Positions 59,119-64,000 of a stretch of DNA of 64,000 nt are shown in pieces. This DNA is from Spirochaetia bacterium (GTDB lineage Bacteria; Spirochaetota; Spirochaetia; SZUA-6; Bin103). Position 1 is the first letter of the stretch. Each line of letters begins with the position of its first letter. The position numbers and the translations under genes are program-made. The notes beneath the pieces were generated by a model. That model was not told the DNA's origin and ran no database searches. It was given only the letters and a program-made list of their open reading frames with translations. The stretch lies in assembly GCA_965203515.1 (NCBI GenBank), contig OZ241907.1, positions 989,730 to 1,053,729 of the forward strand. Reading direction: 5' to 3'.

Positions 59119-60195
59119 TCACTCTCGGAGCGCGCCCGACGGCGGGTCGCCGGGCAGGACGATCAGCGGGCCTGCCACCAGGGTGTCCGGGTCGACCGCC
59201 ACGCCGGCGGCGCGCACCTCCCAGTGCAGGTGCGGTCCGGTGGCCAGGCCGGTGCTGCCCACCGCGCCGAGCGTCTCTCCGGCCGACACGTACCAGCCTT
59301 CCCGCACCGCCAGGCTCTGCAGGTGGTAGTACAGCGAATAGACGCCGGGCAGATGCTCGACCACGACGGTCAACCCGGTGACCATGCGGTCGCGGGCCAT
59401 CACCACCGTACCGCCGCCGGCGGCGGCTACCGCCGTGCCGGCGGGAACCCCGAAGTCCACGCCGTTGTGGATCGTGGTGGCGGTGCTGCCGTCGGCGTAG
59501 CGGTAGCGCCGGCGGTCGCCGAAGCCGGCGGTGCGCCGGGCGTCCCCCAGCGGCAGCCGGAGCGGTCCGAAGTGCGGCCGCGCCACCGGCCGCGACGTGT
59601 CCAGCAGCAGCCAGAGCTCCCGCGACTCCGCCTGGCGGCGCGGATCGGTGGTGCGCCGCAGGTCCGACAGCTCGGCGCTCAGCGGGATATCGTCGACGGC
59701 GAACGCGCGCTCGGCGATGAGGATCGACTGCTCGTGCAGCACGCGCGCCGCCGCCTGCGGAGCGCTGGCCAACCACGCGGAGATCGTCAGCCGCGCCGGG
59801 GCGGCCGGAGCGGTGCTGGGGATGCCGATCATCGCCGTCCAGATCGTTGCCACCGGTCCCGAGCGCACCGCGAAGCCGCGGCCGACGACGCGCTCTCCGT
59901 CCGCCAGCTCGACCGTCAGGTCGAGCGCCGCAAGCGGCGCGGCGCTCGTCACGACGGCGCTCAGGGGGTCCCCCGGCATCAATGCGGACGGCGTCCGCAG
60001 CACCGAAACGGGAAGCGCCGCGCTTGACTGCGCGGCCAGCGCACCGGCGGCCAGCGTCCCGGCGGCCAGGGCCAGGCCGGTCGCGGTCAGGCCCCGACGC
60101 AGTGCCTGCCGGCGCAGACCCCGCCGGCGCAGACCCCGCCGGCGCAGGCTCCGCCGGCGCAGGCTCCGCCGGTGAAGCCGGCGACCGAGCGGCAT
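59119..60195 (-). CDS. M23-family metallopeptidase
   Basis: C-terminal HNGVDF and GSTGLATGPHLHWE motifs; Arg-rich repetitive N-terminus; start MPLGRR at 60195. Confidence 0.7.
   Translation of the reverse strand: MPLGRRLHRRSLRRRSLRRRGLRRRGLRRQALRRGLTATGLALAAGTLAAGALAAQSSAALPVSVLRTPSALMPGDPLSAVVTSAAPLAALDLTVELADGERVVGRGFAVRSGPVATIWTAMIGIPSTAPAAPARLTISAWLASAPQAAARVLHEQSILIAERAFAVDDIPLSAELSDLRRTTDPRRQAESRELWLLLDTSRPVARPHFGPLRLPLGDARRTAGFGDRRRYRYADGSTATTIHNGVDFGVPAGTAVAAAGGGTVVMARDRMVTGLTVVVEHLPGVYSLYYHLQSLAVREGWYVSAGETLGAVGSTGLATGPHLHWEVRAAGVAVDPDTLVAGPLIVLPGDPPSGALRE
60105..60175. repeat. four tandem copies of a 15-nt unit CCGCCGGCGCAGRCY
   Basis: Read directly in the sequence; encodes the (L/S)RRR repeats at the M23 N-terminus. 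Confidence 0.6.
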
Positions 60196-60329
60196 CGCTT
60201 TCAGCGTATGACGCCGGGCCGCGCCATCGGTAGTATCGACTCCGTGGCGCAACGCACCGTCGCGATCGTTACGGCGCCGGCGGGCGGGCGGTGAGCGCGG
60301 CGGACCGTCCCGGCCACCGTCTTGGCGAC

Positions 60330-61340
60330 TCAGTCCCAGGCGGCCATCTCGGCGCGCAGTTCGGCGGAAATCCCCTCCGCGCAGGCGCGCAGGGCGTTGT
60401 CGAGGTGGGCGGTCGTACGGGCGCCGAACAGCGTGCTGCCGACCGACCGGTTGGCGACCACCCAGGCGGCCGCCAGGTAGACCATCGACTCGCCCGTCTC
60501 GGCCGCCTTGGCGCGCAGTCGTTCGACGACCCGAAAGTTCCGCTCGGAGAAGTAGACGTCGCAATGGCCCGGTATCACGTGGAAGCGGGTCCGCGCCGGC
60601 AGCGCGTCCCGGTCCGGCGTGTACTTGCCGGCCAGAAAGCCGGCGCCGAGCGGGCTGTACGCCAGGAAGGTGATCTCCTGCTCCGCGCACACCGGCATGC
60701 TGTCGCGCTCCTCTTCGGGGCGAGCCAGGTTGTAGATGTTCTCCACGATCTCGATGCGCGCGTAGCCGCGGGAGGCGCTGATCGCCAGCGCGTCGCGGAG
60801 TTGCGCGCCGGTGAAGTTGCTGCAGCCCAGCGCCTGCACGCGGCCGTCGGACACGGCCCGATCGAGCGCGTCCAGGGACTCGTCCAGAGGCACCCGATCG
60901 TCGAAGTTGTGCATCATGTAGATCGGCACGGAGTCGAGCTGCAGCCGCTCCAGGCTGGCGTTCAGGGCGCGGTCGATGTTGTCCGGGGAGTTGCCGCTCG
61001 AAACCTTGGTGAGGATCGTCACCTCGCCGGCAACGCCCCGATCGCGCATCCAGGTGCCGATCATGCGCTCGGAGCTCGACACCTCCCCGGTCGTCTCGCG
61101 CACGTCCTCCACCCCCATCACGTCGCGCCGATACTGCCGGGCGTTGCCGCCGCCGTACCCCTCGGCGGTATCCAGCAGGGTCATGCCGTGCTCCACGGCG
61201 TAGTCGAGGATGCGGCGCGAGTCGTCTTCGCCGATCTCACGGCCGAACGTCGTCGTCCCAAGGGCGATGCGGCTGATCGTACGGCCGGTTCGCCCCAGCG
61301 GCGCCTGCGCCGCGTCGTCCTCCATCACGCTCCCTTCCAT
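60330..61340 (-). CDS. aldo/keto reductase
   Basis: AKR motifs (LDTAEGYGGG, IYMMHN, LGCSNF). ATG at 61340 (MEGSVMEDD) or 61325. Confidence 0.8.
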   Translation of the reverse strand: MEGSVMEDDAAQAPLGRTGRTISRIALGTTTFGREIGEDDSRRILDYAVEHGMTLLDTAEGYGGGNARQYRRDVMGVEDVRETTGEVSSSERMIGTWMRDRGVAGEVTILTKVSSGNSPDNIDRALNASLERLQLDSVPIYMMHNFDDRVPLDESLDALDRAVSDGRVQALGCSNFTGAQLRDALAISASRGYARIEIVENIYNLARPEEERDSMPVCAEQEITFLAYSPLGAGFLAGKYTPDRDALPARTRFHVIPGHCDVYFSERNFRVVERLRAKAAETGESMVYLAAAWVVANRSVGSTLFGARTTAHLDNALRACAEGISAELRAEMAAWD

Positions 61341-61380
61341 CTCGCCCCCTTCCTCATGGTGCTCGGCGGTGCACGGTAGC

Positions 61381-61818
61381 ATGCTCTCGATACGATGGCT
61401 GAGCGTGTGGGTGTACGCGGCGGCGTTGATCGTCGCCATGCTGGTGCCGTGGCCCCGGCCCATACGGATCGGCGGCGGCTGGATGGACGAGCTGGTGCAC
61501 TTCGGGGCGTGGACGGTGCTGGCGTTCCTGATTGCGGTCGCCTGCGGCAGGTCTCTGCCGACGATCGGCGCGGCGGCGTTGGCGGCGCTGGCGGCGATCT
61601 GCTTCGGGGCGCTGGTCGAAGTGCTGCAGCCGCTCACCGGCCGGTCGGCCGGGATGCTCGACCTCGCCGCCGACGCGCTCGGATCGGCCGTGGGAGCGGC
61701 CGCCGCGGCGGTCGTCGCGTGGAGCGGCGAGCGGGCGGCCGGGCAGAGGGCGGCTGGGCAGAGAGGGGCCGGGCAGGGGGCGGCCGGGAAGCGGGGCGGC
61801 CCGCGACAGCCGACGTGA
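61381..61818 (+). CDS. VanZ-family membrane protein
   Basis: About 145 aa with four hydrophobic segments and a VanZ-like layout (MLSIRWLSVWVY ... LVEVLQPLTGR). The C-terminal AGQR repeat tail may belong to another frame. Confidence 0.5.
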   Translation: MLSIRWLSVWVYAAALIVAMLVPWPRPIRIGGGWMDELVHFGAWTVLAFLIAVACGRSLPTIGAAALAALAAICFGALVEVLQPLTGRSAGMLDLAADALGSAVGAAAAAVVAWSGERAAGQRAAGQRGAGQGAAGKRGGPRQPT

Positions 61819-61916
61819 CGTGGCGTTGCCACGCTCCGAAAAATCTTCCAGAATCGGCATCAGCAGGGCACCGGAGCGTGTCATGCGCCGATTCGCTTCT
61901 CAAGAGAGGGTTCAGC

Positions 61917-62102
61917 ATGTCGAACGAAGTTCTGGTGGTCGCCTCCAAGATCAAGTCGTATATCAAGTCCACAGCGGGCTTTAACACGTCGGCGACGGCG
62001 ATCGACGCACTGTCGAACAAGGTGAAGGAAGTGTGCGACGCGGCGATCGACGCGGCGCGCAGGGATCGGCGCAAGACCGTAAAGGACCGGGATATCGCGT
62101 AG
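61917..62102 (+). CDS. small histone-fold-like DUF1931-family protein
   Basis: 61 aa MSNEVLVVASKIKSYIKS...DAAIDAARRDRRKTVKDRDI; GAGAGGG SD-like sequence upstream; locally lower GC. Confidence 0.45.
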   Translation: MSNEVLVVASKIKSYIKSTAGFNTSATAIDALSNKVKEVCDAAIDAARRDRRKTVKDRDIA

Positions 62103-62671
62103 ACGACGCAGATCGACCGGTCCGCGCGCCGGCCCCGGAGGACGTTGCGGAGCTGGCGGTGATCATCCTGGTGCGCGGGGTCTCCCGCGGCAGACCGCCG
62201 TCGGTCGCGCGGGACCCCGTCGGTCGCGCGCGACCGGGGCCGCATCTATCCGGCGTTCGCTGCTCGACGCTTCCTGGCGACGTGCTACCTGGGCGGACCC
62301 GCGCTTCCTGACTCGGGCGCTGCCGCGCGCCGTTGCGCTATGGGCGCGGATCGAGGGGAGGGGTTTGGATGAGGCGGCCGAAGGCCGCTCCCACGACCGT
62401 CCGCGACGACCAGTGCCTCGCCCCCAGGGCCCTCGCCCGTGCTGGGGCCTCGTCGAGCTGACCGGGGCGACATGCGCGTGGGGTCATCCCGCAAGCAAGA
62501 CAAGCAAGAACCGGTGACCGCCCGACCGGCGTAGCAGTGCCGCAGGGCGCAGTTCCGGCTGTCCGCGCCGAAAGCCGACCACGTCCGAGACGCCGCAGAG
62601 ACGCTCGACCGGCCGGTTTCCCGCGTGCGCGGGGTGGACAGGGAGTAGTGAGGAGTTGGTGAGGTATGACG

Positions 62672-62702
62672 AATCGGCCGCCGCTCCAGGGCGGCCGATT
62701 CG
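62672..62702. terminator. perfect 12-bp stem-loop GAATCGGCCGCC-loop-GGCGGCCGATTC just downstream of the rbp stop
   Basis: Read directly in the sequence; bidirectional terminator candidate. Confidence 0.35.
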
Positions 62703-62716
62703 CTAAGAAGCCGTTA

Positions 62717-63031
62717 TCAGCCCCTGAATCCGCCGCCGCCTCGGTCACGCCGGCCGCCGCCGCCACCGCCACCGCCACCGCCGCGTGCGCTGCGCGCTTC
62801 CTCGACGGTCAGGTACCGGCCGTCGAGCTCGGCGCCGTTCAAGCCGCGAACCGCGGCGGCGGCCTCCTCGTCCGAGCCCATCTCCACGAATCCGAAACCT
62901 CGCGAGCTGCCGGAGTAACGATCGGTCACCACCTCAGCGGATTCGACCTTGCCATGCTGTGCGAAGAGCTGGAACAGCGTCTCGTCGGTAGCGCTGAACG
63001 GCAATCCGCCGATATAGAGTCTTTTACCCAT
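62717..63031 (-). CDS. glycine-rich RNA-binding protein (RRM domain)
   Basis: RNP2 LYIGGL and RNP1 RGFGFVEM, with a Gly/Arg-rich tail. Confidence 0.85.
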   Translation of the reverse strand: MGKRLYIGGLPFSATDETLFQLFAQHGKVESAEVVTDRYSGSSRGFGFVEMGSDEEAAAAVRGLNGAELDGRYLTVEEARSARGGGGGGGGGGRRDRGGGGFRG

Positions 63032-63061
63032 TACGCTGCTATTCTACCAGGAATCGGAGGG

Positions 63062-64000
63062 TTAGGCAACGGACGCTTGGGAGCGCCATTCCGACGCCTC
63101 GTCCAGATGCTCCAGGTGTTCGGCGGAGAGCCGGTAGCCGGCCGCGCCGGCCAGCTCGACGACCTGCTCCGGGGTCGACGCGCCGACCACCGGGGCGGTG
63201 ACGCCCGGCTTTGCCAGCAGCCACGCGAGCGCCGCCTGCGCGATCGTGCGCCGGTCCCGGGAGGCGATCTTGCCGAGCTCGGCCACCAGAGCGGCGGCGC
63301 GGCCGGGGTCGAGGTCGTAGCCGTGCGGTCCGCTGCGCCAGCGCCCGTCGGGAATGGGTGCGCCCCGGAAGCGGCCGGTCAGGATGCCGCGGCCGAGCGG
63401 CCGGTACGGCAGCACCGCGACGCCGAGCGCGACCGCGGCCGCGGCCAGCTCGCGTTCGTAGCCGCCGCGCGCCAGCAGGCTGTAGTGCGGCTGGACGCTC
63501 GCGTAGGAGACGAGCCGCGACCGGGCGCTGATGCCCAGCGCGTGCGCGAGGCGCCAGGCCGGGACGTTGGAGCACCCCACGTAGCGGACCTTGCCCTGCC
63601 GGACCATCCGGTCCAGGGCGGACAGCGTCTCGTCGTCCGGCGTGCCGGGATCCGGCCAGTGGGTCTGGTAGAGATCGATCCAGTCGGTCCGCAGGCGCGC
63701 GAGGCTCGCCTCCACGGCGGCCAGCAGGTGCCGCCGGCTCAAGCCGCGGTCGGTCGGGTGCGGGCCGGTCGGCGATCCTCCCTTGGTGGCGATCACCAGC
63801 GCCTGCCGGTGGCCGCGCCGCCGCATCCAGTCGCCGACCGCCTCCTCGGCCGCGCCGACTCGGGGCCCGTAGACGTCGGCGGTGTCGATGAAGGTACCGC
63901 CGCATTCGACGAAGGCGTCGAGCACCGGCGCGCTCGTCTCGGCAAAGGGCTGCGCGCCGAACCCGGCCGTTCCCAGGCAGAGCTCGGAGACCATGAGGCC
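63062..64000 (-). CDS. aldo/keto reductase (5' end probably beyond the window edge)
   Basis: AKR motifs (DTADVYG, LYQTHW, VGCSN); the ORF runs to the window end. Confidence 0.75.
   Translation of the reverse strand, partial: GLMVSELCLGTAGFGAQPFAETSAPVLDAFVECGGTFIDTADVYGPRVGAAEEAVGDWMRRRGHRQALVIATKGGSPTGPHPTDRGLSRRHLLAAVEASLARLRTDWIDLYQTHWPDPGTPDDETLSALDRMVRQGKVRYVGCSNVPAWRLAHALGISARSRLVSYASVQPHYSLLARGGYERELAAAAVALGVAVLPYRPLGRGILTGRFRGAPIPDGRWRSGPHGYDLDPGRAAALVAELGKIASRDRRTIAQAALAWLLAKPGVTAPVVGASTPEQVVELAGAAGYRLSAEHLEHLDEASEWRSQASVA

Overview
High-GC (roughly 68-70%) bacterial chromosomal segment of about 64 kb. No rRNA or tRNA genes were recognised. All calls come from reading the six-frame translations and the nucleotide sequence; no database search or HMM run was possible. 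Gene starts were set by frame arithmetic from the ORF track, so coordinates may be off by a few nucleotides.

Left third (1-21.8 kb): mtnN and apt are separated by a low-GC two-gene island, 742-2714, carrying an AAA_21-type ABC-like ATPase and a small partner protein. Downstream are a heterodimeric ABC exporter pair, a DinB-like gene, and a fusion of a DUF1932-like NAD-binding domain with a PD-(D/E)xK nuclease-like domain. Then comes a glycan-related cluster: two BNR sialidases, two PhyH-family dioxygenases, a DUF3500 protein, a DUF222-HNH endonuclease with internal tandem repeats, a frameshifted DUF1524 (GmrSD-like) remnant in a low-GC patch, and a sugar ABC transporter.

Centre (21.8-46.1 kb): a defence island.
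- A 1479-aa protein combining a RelE/ParE-like N-domain, a UvrD-like SF1 helicase core and C-terminal alpha-solenoid repeats.
- A higB-higA toxin-antitoxin pair.
- A type I-G (formerly I-U) CRISPR-Cas system. On the minus strand are cas7/csb1, the cas5-cas6 fusion csb2, cas3 with a C-terminal HD domain, and a putative Cas8u-like gene. Transcribed divergently on the plus strand are a cas4-cas1 fusion, cas2, a leader, and an array of about 92 repeats of a 36-nt unit.
- The array is split inside a spacer by an ISL3-family element with an 8-bp target duplication AACAATGA. The ISL3 transposase gene is itself interrupted by a nested IS3-family element.

Right third (46.1-64 kb): Uma2 endonuclease, a lipoprotein, a GHL10 hydrolase, three tandem PhyH paralogs with an MBL-fold hydrolase, an aldo/keto reductase, a TPP-dependent enzyme, another PhyH, an SDR, a sugar-phosphate isomerase, a fatty-acid desaturase, an M23 peptidase, a second aldo/keto reductase, VanZ, a small low-GC histone-like DUF1931 gene, a glycine-rich RRM protein, and a partial aldo/keto reductase at the window edge.

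Many long ORFs in the six-frame track are antisense or alternate-frame shadows typical of high-GC DNA; these were rejected.
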